This document shows positions 37,086 to 45,690 of a stretch of 45,690 bases of DNA, piece after piece (position 1 is the first letter of the stretch; each line of letters starts with the position of its first letter). A model generated the notes under the pieces. It searched no databases and was not told where the DNA came from. It was given only the letters and a program-made list of their open reading frames with translations. The stretch is from Thermoplasmatota archaeon. Its GTDB lineage: Archaea; Thermoplasmatota; Penumbrarchaeia; Penumbrarchaeales; Penumbrarchaeaceae. The position numbers were made by a program, and so were the translations under genes. Location: positions 1-45,690 of the forward strand of contig CBDDUX010000045.1 of assembly GCA_965234725.1 (NCBI GenBank), read 5' to 3'.

Positions 37086-39812
37086 TCATTCTCTATCTCG
37101 GAAGGGGATCTCCTCCTCGTCCATGTCCTCGACCTCATAGCCCTCGGTGATGTCAGGCTCCTCCACCTCATCATCATATACCTCCTCGCTCTCCTGAAGC
37201 TCTTCTTCGAACTTCGCACCGCAATCCGGGCAGTCCATCGCATCTCCCTGAAGGAGGGATCCGCACTCGGGACATTCGAAGAGGTCATCTTCGAACTCCG
37301 CACCACAGTTTGCACAATCAGGTTCGTCAGCCCCTACGACATTACCGCAGACCGGACACATGAACTCTCCTTCGGCGATCTCATCATAGAACCCACTATC
37401 ATGGAAGGATTCCCTCTGTCTTCCGGCAGAGAAAGGAGCTGGTCTCCGGGCCCTGCCCGTTTCCTCTTCCTCCTCCGGTTTCTCCCTCCTACCAAGGATG
37501 AACACATAGAGAAGGATGATTATCACAACAATGACAAGGATCACCAGGACAATTGTTCCGATGGTCATCAGATCACTGTTCTCCTCTTTCTTCTCTATCT
37601 TGATATCCTTCAGGTCCGTATCTTCCCCTGCGATTATGGTGAACACATCCGAGTATTTCTCGTGGTCCGGGATCTCAATCTTGATCGTCCAGATACCAGC
37701 CGGAAGGTCAGCCTTATTGAACTTGCCATCCATATTCACATTGAGGGAGATCGGCTCACTGCTTCCCTTCTGAATTGTTATCTTTACCTTGTCAGGTGAG
37801 AATGGCTCCCCATCCTTGTCCTTTACAAATCCCTTCACGGTTCCGGTGGTTATCAATGCCATGGTCTCAAAGGACCAGGTGGTTCCTCTGAATATATGGG
37901 TGGAATCCACAGGTGTCATCTGATCGCTCAGGGACACCGAGTACCTTCCCTCATACTGAAAGTTGGATGCGGGTATGAACATTGCAGTGTAGTTGTTCGA
38001 GTAATAGACAACGGTCCCGGAAATGGGTGTTCCTCCTCCACCGCTTATGAACACCTGGAAAGTGTCCTCTGAGATGGTGGATGCGACCATTGGTTCCGGG
38101 AAGGTTGCAGTAATACTGGCACCTATCGGAACCTCATTCTGGTCGTCGCCAGGATACCTGGAGGTTATATCTATCTCGATTATCTCGACCTCGGTGGTGA
38201 AGGTGGAATAGGTTATCTGAGGGAATGTGTTGCCATTGGTGTCTTCAAGAAGGTCCGTTATGGTTATCCTGTAATCGGTGTTGTAATCCAGCAGGTTCTG
38301 AGGTTCTACCAGGACCGTGTTCTCCTCATCTATGAATGCAAATGATACCGAAATGGATTCGCTTGTTGAGAGCTTCACCATGTAAATTGTGGTCTGGTTC
38401 ACAGTTGTCTTGTTTATGGCTTTTGAGAACTGGAGAGACACAGTAGGTGAGATCGAAATTGAGGTGTCCCCGCTGGGTGGGGATATATCCACTGTGAACG
38501 GGATGTCCCCAAGGGTCAGGTCAAGAGGATTCCATATCTGTTCAATGATCGTGAACGACGATCTCTCATCGTTCTCGTAACCATCAAGAGATGCCACTAA
38601 GCTGATCTGCCCTGCCTTTACAGAAGAGAAGGAGTAGTTACCATCCTGATCAGCTATCTCCGTCGAAGGTGGTTCTCCCGGGATAGTAATGGTTATTGTG
38701 GCCCCTTCAGCAGGTGTAACATCGTCAGGAAGGAACACTTGACCCTCCAATCCTCCAACAGCCATCTTGTTGATCACAGCGTTCACCGTGGTGGTCGTTC
38801 CATCTGCGACAACAACGGAATTGTTGAGTGCGGAAGTGGACCAGAGTTTGGTGAATTCCAGAGAATAGGTTCCTGAGGCCAGGTTCATGAACTGGTAGTA
38901 GCCGTCAGAATCAGTGAGGACCTCTGTATCGAAGGTTCCGATGATCGCCCTAACATTGACACCCTGAACCGGGGTTCCTGCGGTGGTCTTTGTATAACCC
39001 TCTATCGATGGTCTCTGTTCAACTGAAAAATAGACTGTGAACATATCGTTTTCCTGGTCATAATCTTCAATATCCACCGTGAAGACCGCCCTGTAAGCAC
39101 CCGAAATGACAGGTATCCATCCCTGGTCGAACATGACGGAGAAGATGTGTCCGGGGTTGACGGGGGTGGAATTATGGAGCATAATCACCATGTCCTCATC
39201 GTAGTATACGACAGGGATATCGGGATCCGTATGCGTGATATTAAGGTTGACAGTGACATCACCGGCCCATTCCTCTACATTTCCATCATATTCTACGGAA
39301 CAGGTAGGCATCATCTCCTCATCCAGAGGATAAGTTCCCTCAGGTTCGAAGAAATCGCTGTCAATGGAGAGGTCCACAACGTCCATGATGGTGACATCGA
39401 TGAAGGCGCTGGTATTGATCCCCTTCAAGGTAGCGTTGACCACGATCTTGAACTCTCCTTCCGGCAGGGAAATGTCCCCGAAAACGAACGAACCCTGCCT
39501 GGAGGTCTCATTATCCACGATAATAACAATGTTATCATCCGATGATGACAGGAATAGAGTATCGTTCGGATAAAAGACCTTGAGATAGACAGAGGTCAGA
39601 TCCGTGAAGTATTCATCTCCCGTATTATTTACCAGATATGTGACCTCATGGATACCTGAAGCATACTCATCTTCGGGCCCCATGACCCCATCCAGCATAA
39701 CATCCACAATCTTCGCCGAAAGGGTCCTGGTCGGTTCTGCCACCGCCAGGAACGGAAGTATTCCCGCAACGAGCATCATGGCGACAACGACAAGCCCTAT
39801 CCTCTTATGCAT
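37086..39812 (-). CDS. Large membrane-anchored surface protein with carboxypeptidase-regulatory-like and Ig-like domains, TM helix and cytoplasmic double zinc ribbon
   Basis: Signal peptide; TDSDGYYQF and ADQDGNYSF repeats; two Ig-like units (FSKAIN, FPEPM); TM helix; CPVCG/CANCG/CPECG/CPDCG; acidic tail. ATG at 39812 after GGGAGGG (ORF track gives TTG at 39836). Confidence 0.8.
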   Translation of the reverse strand: MHKRIGLVVVAMMLVAGILPFLAVAEPTRTLSAKIVDVMLDGVMGPEDEYASGIHEVTYLVNNTGDEYFTDLTSVYLKVFYPNDTLFLSSSDDNIVIIVDNETSRQGSFVFGDISLPEGEFKIVVNATLKGINTSAFIDVTIMDVVDLSIDSDFFEPEGTYPLDEEMMPTCSVEYDGNVEEWAGDVTVNLNITHTDPDIPVVYYDEDMVIMLHNSTPVNPGHIFSVMFDQGWIPVISGAYRAVFTVDIEDYDQENDMFTVYFSVEQRPSIEGYTKTTAGTPVQGVNVRAIIGTFDTEVLTDSDGYYQFMNLASGTYSLEFTKLWSTSALNNSVVVADGTTTTVNAVINKMAVGGLEGQVFLPDDVTPAEGATITITIPGEPPSTEIADQDGNYSFSSVKAGQISLVASLDGYENDERSSFTIIEQIWNPLDLTLGDIPFTVDISPPSGDTSISISPTVSLQFSKAINKTTVNQTTIYMVKLSTSESISVSFAFIDEENTVLVEPQNLLDYNTDYRITITDLLEDTNGNTFPQITYSTFTTEVEIIEIDITSRYPGDDQNEVPIGASITATFPEPMVASTISEDTFQVFISGGGGTPISGTVVYYSNNYTAMFIPASNFQYEGRYSVSLSDQMTPVDSTHIFRGTTWSFETMALITTGTVKGFVKDKDGEPFSPDKVKITIQKGSSEPISLNVNMDGKFNKADLPAGIWTIKIEIPDHEKYSDVFTIIAGEDTDLKDIKIEKKEENSDLMTIGTIVLVILVIVVIIILLYVFILGRREKPEEEEETGRARRPAPFSAGRQRESFHDSGFYDEIAEGEFMCPVCGNVVGADEPDCANCGAEFEDDLFECPECGSLLQGDAMDCPDCGAKFEEELQESEEVYDDEVEEPDITEGYEVEDMDEEEIPFRDRE

Positions 39813-39832
39813 CTCTTTACCCTCCCACTCTG

Positions 39833-39898
39833 CCAACCCAGCATTGACCAGATCCCTTCAGGGATCTTCCCCGTTAAGGTCCAATGCTGGCATGTTGG
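39833..39898 (-). promoter_or_regulatory. Candidate structured 5' leader RNA
   Basis: Nested inverted repeats of 5+9+3+7 bp between a TATA-like box (~39921-39932) and the RBS. Confidence 0.5.
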
Positions 39899-40034
39899 AT
39901 GTACGGAAATGTATATCCAATTATATATTATATTCCGACAGGGGAGTGGAGATTCTCCTATGGATCAGAATAATTGAGGTCTTCAAGGACATAGTTTTTA
40001 GTATATGAGATGATAGTGCGCCGAAGGTGTTCCC

Positions 40035-40697
40035 ATGCATCAGGTGCTCTCAGTTGATATGGAAAAGGACCTTCTTGCCGCAAACAGGAGACTTGCCAAG
40101 GAGAACCATGAACTTCTCAGGTCCCATGGGATCAGGTCCGTGGACTTCATGGGATCCATTGGCTCAGGGAAGACGCTCCTTATTGAAAGGCTTGTGATCT
40201 ATCTCAAGGAACGAGGCATCAATTCCGGAGTCGTCACAGGTGATGTTGCGGGAGATGACGATTATCAGAGGGTTTCCGCATTGGGTGTTCCAACCATTAA
40301 CGTGAACACTGGCAAGGAATGCCATATAGATGCTCATCTTGCCGAACATGCGATCGAGGACCTGGATCTTGATGACATCGATGTTCTTCTTGTTGAGAAT
40401 GTTGGAAATCTTGTATGTCCGGCAGAATTTCCACTTGGAACGGATATCAGGACCGTTGTTATCTCGGTAACAGAGGGGGATGACATGATCAGGAAACATC
40501 CCGTGATATTCAGAGAGGCTGATGTGATAGTCATCAACAAGGCCGACCTAGCAGAGATAATGGAGGTGAACATCGATAACCTCCTTAGGGATGCTGCAAC
40601 GATCAAACCAAATTCCAAGGTAGTCGTCACAGATGCAAGGCATTCAACAGGCATAGAGGAGCTTGCACGAGCCCTCGGACTCCTGAAGGGAGATTGA
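40035..40697 (+). CDS. hypB: Hydrogenase nickel incorporation GTPase HypB
   Basis: GSIGSGKT, NTGKECHIDAH, ENVGNLVCPA, SVTEGDD, NKAD. Confidence 0.95.
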   Translation: MHQVLSVDMEKDLLAANRRLAKENHELLRSHGIRSVDFMGSIGSGKTLLIERLVIYLKERGINSGVVTGDVAGDDDYQRVSALGVPTINVNTGKECHIDAHLAEHAIEDLDLDDIDVLLVENVGNLVCPAEFPLGTDIRTVVISVTEGDDMIRKHPVIFREADVIVINKADLAEIMEVNIDNLLRDAATIKPNSKVVVTDARHSTGIEELARALGLLKGD

Positions 40698-43034
40698 ATG
40701 CATCGGATCGAGGTCCGCGGGGTAGTCCAAGGGGTAGGATTCAGACCCTCGGTCAAGAGAGCTGCTGACGAGTTGGGGGCAAAGGGATTCGTCAGGAACG
40801 ACGGCTCCCATGTGACGATCCTTTGCAGTATCGATCCGGATATTCTAATGGACAGGGTCAGGAAGATCGTCGGACCCATGGCAAGGATTGAGAGCTGGAA
40901 TACGGTAGATGAAGAAGATGAGATCGGAGACCGGACAGATTTCAGGATCGTTCCTTCCGTGGAAGGGGATAGGGATTCATCCCTTCCTCCTGATACCGCA
41001 ATATGCGATAGTTGTCTTGAAGAGATGACAACTCCAGGGAACAGAAGATATCTCTATCCATTCACGAACTGCACCGACTGTGGTGCCAGATATACGTTGA
41101 TAGATAACCTTCCCTATGATAGGGAAAGGACCTCGATGGTGGATTTCCCCATGTGCAGGGACTGTATGGATGAGTACAGCGACCAATCTTTTAGGAGGTT
41201 CCATGCCCAGACACTATCCTGTCCGGATAAAGGACCAAGTTACAATTACACTGACCAGTGGGGTAAGGTCCAGGATGATGGTTATGATGCCTTCTTGAAA
41301 TGTGCCAGGGAGATAAACTCGGGAAAGATCATCATCGTGAAGGGGTGGGGAGGAATGCATATACTCTGCGACCCGGCCAGGATCGATGATCTGAGAAAAT
41401 GGTATGACCGTCCATTCAAACCATTTGCGCTTATGGCGAGGGACCTGGAAGCGGTATTATCAATTGCCGAGGTCCCGGAACATGCAATGGGCCCTCTGAC
41501 CTCTCCAGCGAGACCAATAGTCCTTCTAAGAAAAAGGAATGACATTCCAGATGAGTTGAGAGATATCCTTGGATCCGTTTCACCGGGAATAGGAACAGTA
41601 GGGGTCTATCTGCCCTATTCCGGGATACATCATCTTCTTTTCAAAGCCTTGAAAGAGATCGGCAGCCCGTTGACAAGTGTTGTAATGACCTCGGCGAACC
41701 CGCCAGGCGAGCCAATGGCGATCACTATGGAGGATGCACTGAAAATGGCAGCTGACGGATATCTGGTCCATGACAGGAGGATCTCTGCAAGGTGTGATGA
41801 TTCCGTACTCGTTCCAAATCCATTCCGACCACAGGATGCAAGGTCACTTCCGGGACCTTTTTCCATCAGGGCATTTCCGATAAGAAAGGCAAGAGGCCTT
41901 GTTCCGGACCCTCTGCAACTCCCCCACAAAAGAACTGTCCTGTCCGTGGGAGCAGAAAGGAACGTAACCGTTACGATCACAGTAAATGGAAAGGCATTTA
42001 CAAGTCCCTATATTGGGAACAGCAGGCATCCCGAGGTGCTTGATTATACTGCCTCATCAGCAGAGAGGTTCATGGACCTTTTCGGAGGGAGAGGGATAGA
42101 AGCAGTCGGGGCCGACCTCCACCCAAGGTACGAAACATTGACCCTTGCCAGGGAACTATCCGAAAAGGCAGATGTCCCTCTCCTCAGATATCAGCATCAC
42201 GAGGCACATGCCGCATCCCTTCTGGTCGATTCCGGGCTTGAAGCTGTTCCTGTTCTCGTCCTTGATGGTGTGGGATATGGTAAGGACGGACTCCCTTGGG
42301 GAGGCGAGGTCATCGATGCTTCCTTGGAGAAAATGGACAGGATCGGATCACTTGAACCGTTTGGTCTTCCCGGAGGTGACAGGTCGGTATATCACCCCGA
42401 AAGGATCGCACACTGGCTGACAGTGGAGACTGGAAAGGAATTGGAACTAAATGACCCGGAAACCTCATCGTTCTTAAGAGTGACACATAAAGGAGCTATT
42501 AGAACCACATCCTTCGGTCGACTGCTGGATGCCATGTCATCGCTCCTGCTTGGAGTCACCTGGAGAACGTACGATGGGGAACCTGCAATGAGATTGGAGA
42601 CCCTTCTGGAAAGGTCCAGCCATCCTGAAACACAGTTGTTCTCACGACCGTTAATGGGAGAAAAGGTCGATGTAATCGGGAGATGGAAGGTCCTACTGGA
42701 AGAGCTCTTCATTGATGATATTCCATCTATAGGAAGTAAAGCAAACGAACAAAGGACTGCTGACCTGGCCATGGGAATGATCGGGTCCATTTTAGATGAT
42801 ATGATCTCAATTGCACTTGAAAAGGGGTCGGGTGAGGTTGATGAGATCGGTCGACGATACATCGGTATATCCGGAGGTGTCGCATATGATCTTCCTATCG
42901 TAAGAAATTTTGTCAGGTCATGCAGGGACCAAGGAGCCTTCCCTGTTGTCCACTCAAGGGTTCCGCCCGGGGATGGTGGAATCTCGATCGGGCAGGCAGC
43001 TTTGGCAGGTTTGGACCTGGAAAAACGACGGTAA
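40698..43034 (+). CDS. hypF: Carbamoyltransferase HypF
   Basis: GVVQGVGFRP, CDSC...FTNCTDCG, PYDRERTSM, MTSAN, QHHEAH, DGVGYG, PPGDGGISIGQ. Confidence 0.95.
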   Translation: MHRIEVRGVVQGVGFRPSVKRAADELGAKGFVRNDGSHVTILCSIDPDILMDRVRKIVGPMARIESWNTVDEEDEIGDRTDFRIVPSVEGDRDSSLPPDTAICDSCLEEMTTPGNRRYLYPFTNCTDCGARYTLIDNLPYDRERTSMVDFPMCRDCMDEYSDQSFRRFHAQTLSCPDKGPSYNYTDQWGKVQDDGYDAFLKCAREINSGKIIIVKGWGGMHILCDPARIDDLRKWYDRPFKPFALMARDLEAVLSIAEVPEHAMGPLTSPARPIVLLRKRNDIPDELRDILGSVSPGIGTVGVYLPYSGIHHLLFKALKEIGSPLTSVVMTSANPPGEPMAITMEDALKMAADGYLVHDRRISARCDDSVLVPNPFRPQDARSLPGPFSIRAFPIRKARGLVPDPLQLPHKRTVLSVGAERNVTVTITVNGKAFTSPYIGNSRHPEVLDYTASSAERFMDLFGGRGIEAVGADLHPRYETLTLARELSEKADVPLLRYQHHEAHAASLLVDSGLEAVPVLVLDGVGYGKDGLPWGGEVIDASLEKMDRIGSLEPFGLPGGDRSVYHPERIAHWLTVETGKELELNDPETSSFLRVTHKGAIRTTSFGRLLDAMSSLLLGVTWRTYDGEPAMRLETLLERSSHPETQLFSRPLMGEKVDVIGRWKVLLEELFIDDIPSIGSKANEQRTADLAMGMIGSILDDMISIALEKGSGEVDEIGRRYIGISGGVAYDLPIVRNFVRSCRDQGAFPVVHSRVPPGDGGISIGQAALAGLDLEKRR

Positions 43035-43078
43035 TGCTCCGCAAACCTGATAAGGGACCTTTCGGGTGACCCAAACGT

Positions 43079-43312
43079 ATGTGCCTAGCCATTCCCGGAA
43101 AGGTTGTCGAGATCATTGACGGATCCAAGGCCCTTGTTGATTACGGGGGAACCCGCAGAGAGGCAAATACCATCTTCGTGAAGCCGATCCTGGGTGACTG
43201 GGTGGTAGTTCATGCGGGATTCGCACTGCAGATCATGGACGAGAAGGACGCATTGGAGACCCTGCAGTTGTGGAACGAAGCCCTGGATTCTTTCCAGGAA
43301 AGCGGTGCATGA
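43079..43312 (+). CDS. hypC: Hydrogenase maturation chaperone HypC
   Basis: MCLAIPGKV, GDWVVVHAGFA. Confidence 0.95.
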   Translation: MCLAIPGKVVEIIDGSKALVDYGGTRREANTIFVKPILGDWVVVHAGFALQIMDEKDALETLQLWNEALDSFQESGA

Positions 43313-43324
43313 GGGGGGAAGACC

Positions 43325-43741
43325 TCGCACGAACTTCAGATTGCATCCAATCTTGTCAATGCGGTCATAGAGGCCGCCTCAGCATATGAAAATGTTAAGG
43401 GTGTAGAGGAAGTGCATCTCTCAATTGGGAAGCTCACATTCGTTGGTGAGGAGCAGCTGAGGTTCTGCTGGGGAGCGGTGACCGCAGAAATGGACCTTCT
43501 TAAGGGATCGAGATTGGAGATCGCTGAAGAGCCGGTGCTAATAAAATGTGGTTCATGCGGTTTCGAGGGTGACCTTGAGGTCAAAGAAGATCCTCTATAC
43601 CACTACATGATCCCCGTTTTCGCCTGCCCCGAATGCGGAAAGGAAGTTGAGATGATCAAGGGAAAAGGGATCACCGTAAACAACATAAAGCTCCTCATAG
43701 ACGATGGGATTGATGACGATGGACCTCAAGCTCAGGGATAA
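43325..43741 (+). CDS. hypA: Hydrogenase nickel metallochaperone HypA; expected start codon reads TCG
   Basis: Frame extends upstream of the ORF-track start (43412) to TCG-CAC-GAA-CTT, i.e. (M)HELQIASNLV; IGKLTFV, CGSC and CPECG zinc site. Confidence 0.85.
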   Translation, partial: SHELQIASNLVNAVIEAASAYENVKGVEEVHLSIGKLTFVGEEQLRFCWGAVTAEMDLLKGSRLEIAEEPVLIKCGSCGFEGDLEVKEDPLYHYMIPVFACPECGKEVEMIKGKGITVNNIKLLIDDGIDDDGPQAQG

Positions 43742-44810
43742 GAAAACTGCCAGGAAGGCCCTTGAAGCGATCCGTTCCACAGGTGAGAATATCACCGTGA
43801 TGCATGTGTGTGGGACGCATCAGGATACGCTTGTTAGGTTCGGGATCGAACCTCTTCTAAAGGATGTCGGTGTGACGGTCAGGCAAGGGCCTGGCTGTCC
43901 CGTTTGTGTCACAACAGGGAATGAGATAGAAGCGGCAATGGAGCTTGCAAGAAGGGGAAAAGTGATAGCTTCCTTTGGTGACATGGTCAAGGTCCCGGGA
44001 AGAGAGGGGACGCTTTCGGACATACGCTCCCGGGGCGGTGATGTCAGGATAGTCTATTCACCAACAGATGTCATTGAAATGGCATTGAAGGACCCGAATA
44101 AGGATTTCGTCTTTTTAGGGATCGGATTCGAGACAACAGCACCTACCACCTCTGCCCTTCTACTTCAGGAGGACCTTCCAAAGAATATCTCCATCATGTC
44201 CTATCACAGGACCGTCCCTCCTGCATTGAGGGCGATAGCGTCCGCAGGGGAGATCAGACTTGACGGCCTGATAGAACCCGGTCACGTATCGATGATAATC
44301 GGGGAGGGTCCATACAGGTTCCTTTCGGATGAATACAAGCTTCCCCAGGTCATTGCCGGATTTGAACCACTGGACCTTATCATGGCTTGTCTGGAGTTGG
44401 CAAGACAGAAGAAGGACGGCAAAGCAGAACTTGTGAACCTCTATGGAAGGGTCGTCAGGCCAGAAGGTAATCCAGCCGCCCTCGAGGCCATGGAGAGGAC
44501 CTTTGAGGTGAAGGATGTGGCCTGGAGGGGGTTCCCTGTGATCCCGGGTTCGGGTCTTGGAATCTCCAGTGAATTCTCGGATAGGGATGCATACCTCATC
44601 TACGAGGACGAACTTGAAGAGGTCAGGAGTATGGACATCCCCGAACCTTCGGGATGCCGGTGCGGGGAGGTTCTCAGAGGCCTCATAGATCCATCCGACT
44701 GTCCCCTTTTCGGAAAAGGATGCGATCCAAGATCACCAATAGGTCCTTGTATGGTCTCTAGGGAGGGGTCATGCAACATCCTCCATAGATGGGGTTTGGA
44801 GCCGGTCTGA
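43719..44810 (+). CDS. hypD: Hydrogenase formation protein HypD
   Basis: HVCGTHQ, GPGCPVC, GFETT, PGHVS, C-terminal CRCG...CPLF...GPCMVS.EGSC. Start could be 43704, 43713 or 43719. Confidence 0.95.
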   Translation: MDLKLRDKKTARKALEAIRSTGENITVMHVCGTHQDTLVRFGIEPLLKDVGVTVRQGPGCPVCVTTGNEIEAAMELARRGKVIASFGDMVKVPGREGTLSDIRSRGGDVRIVYSPTDVIEMALKDPNKDFVFLGIGFETTAPTTSALLLQEDLPKNISIMSYHRTVPPALRAIASAGEIRLDGLIEPGHVSMIIGEGPYRFLSDEYKLPQVIAGFEPLDLIMACLELARQKKDGKAELVNLYGRVVRPEGNPAALEAMERTFEVKDVAWRGFPVIPGSGLGISSEFSDRDAYLIYEDELEEVRSMDIPEPSGCRCGEVLRGLIDPSDCPLFGKGCDPRSPIGPCMVSREGSCNILHRWGLEPV

Positions 44811-44825
44811 TACTTTCGGTCAATG

Positions 44826-44842
44826 ACACGACTTAGTCGTGT
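44826..44842. repeat. Perfect 8-bp inverted repeat downstream of hypD
   Basis: acacgact-t-agtcgtgt. Confidence 0.7.
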
Positions 44843-45188
44843 GGGCATTTCAAGGGATACTTTCATTCTACTTACTCCCGGAGATTGGCTTATATTCAAC
44901 CGGTGTTGATGTGCATAATGTCGCTGCAATCCGTTGGCGGTGGCAATGAAAAGACAAACGGAGTTGACAAAAATGACAACAGAATCGAAACTTATGGTGT
45001 GTGTCAAGAATATTTGACAGAAAAACCATGAAAACACCATTATTTTAGAAAGTCCTGGAAATTCTCTTCACTTCCTAACATTATTCCACTGTTATTTGGA
45101 CATCCACATAAGAATGTTACTATAATTCCGATATCGGCAGGGTGGGGTTTTCGGGTCATTTTTGGTTATCCGTGGAGATATCCAAGGG

Positions 45189-45302
45189 TGAGAAACTAAA
45201 AACACGCGCGGGGGCATATGTTTTTGATTTCTCAGGTGGAAAGGTCCCTATGAACTAATAAGAGGGAAATTGGTTGGCTACAAACAAACTTGACCTTTCC
45301 AC
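45189..45302 (-). ncRNA. Candidate structured non-coding RNA (two adjacent stem domains)
   Basis: 11-bp IR gtggaaaggtc (45236-45246)/gacctttccac (45292-45302); long hairpin tgagaaa..aaaaaca/tgttttt..tttctca (45189-45234); minus-strand TTATAAAA at 45327-45334. Confidence 0.35.
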
Positions 45303-45690
45303 GAGCTATAGAAATATATTCCTTGTTTTTATAATTTAGCTTGCCATAAGCACATTCATTAAAAAATAAATATTTTTTTTTAAATAATTCAAAATTTTTA
45401 AAAAGTTTATTTGACAAAATCTCCATTTTGTAAAGGAAGTTACGTAATTAGAGAGAAATGAAATCAAAATTCGCAATATTGTTTTTCATTTACTTTTATT
45501 ATTATCTCTGATACCTCACTTCCCATAGGTATGACTCCTAGTAATAGCAAGATAAATGTAGCTATAAATCCACATACCTTGAGGCATTACAATATCTATA
45601 GTTGGGACATACCAGGGAGACCTCGATGATGGCAATTCTTCCCTAAACAATGACCAACTTATAAATTTCCGTATAAATATGTCATAATTT

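Noticed and set aside
43310-43312. hypC TGA as a selenocysteine codon
   Set aside because: The position would be an inter-domain linker, not a conserved Cys site; HypC is already full length and no SECIS or Sec machinery is recognisable here.
913-44023. Numerous 60-230 aa antisense or alternate-frame ORFs in the track
   Set aside because: They are shadows of well-supported genes, with Ser/Pro/Ile-biased composition and no motifs.
45002-45137. Palindromes tgtcaa-N6-ttgaca and ccgatatcgg
   Set aside because: Short and isolated, with no associated gene or second copy to support a function.
44600-45159. Minus-strand ORFs 44600-45040 (146 aa) and 45040-45159 (39 aa)
   Set aside because: No RBS and no recognisable motifs; the longer one overlaps hypD antisense.

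Overview
Chromosomal window from an archaeon, most likely Thermoplasmatota. This rests on GGAGG/GGTGA ribosome-binding sites, frequent TTG starts, TATA-like promoters, an archaeal-type Lhr helicase and surface proteins with acidic stalks or zinc-ribbon tails. In order it contains: an RsmB/NOP RNA methyltransferase; three tandem paralogous membrane-anchored surface proteins; a fused 5-oxoprolinase; an MTH1187 protein; an OB-fold protein with a disordered linker; a minus-strand run of mutL, a TlpA-like thioredoxin, a degenerate FtsZ-fold protein and a pilin-like protein; lhr; an EamA transporter; a three-gene operon (fold-type-II PLP domain/GNAT fusion, M20 hydrolase, amino-acid racemase); an AT-rich accessory stretch (zinc-finger microproteins, dinB, ATP-cone protein, two GNATs, mscS); beta-carbonic anhydrase and carAB; an FAD oxidoreductase; an ARM-like protein; korAB; a large Ig-like surface protein; and hypBFCAD. 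No CRISPR array, rRNA, tRNA or transposase was recognised. The most notable observations are a full-length FtsZ-like protein lacking both the GGGTGTG and T7 motifs, a PLP-fold/GNAT fusion with Glu in place of the Schiff-base lysine, hypA with TCG where the start codon should be and in frame with hypC, and two strongly base-paired candidate RNA elements (39833-39898 and 45189-45302). All family calls are by-eye motif recognition; no searches were run.
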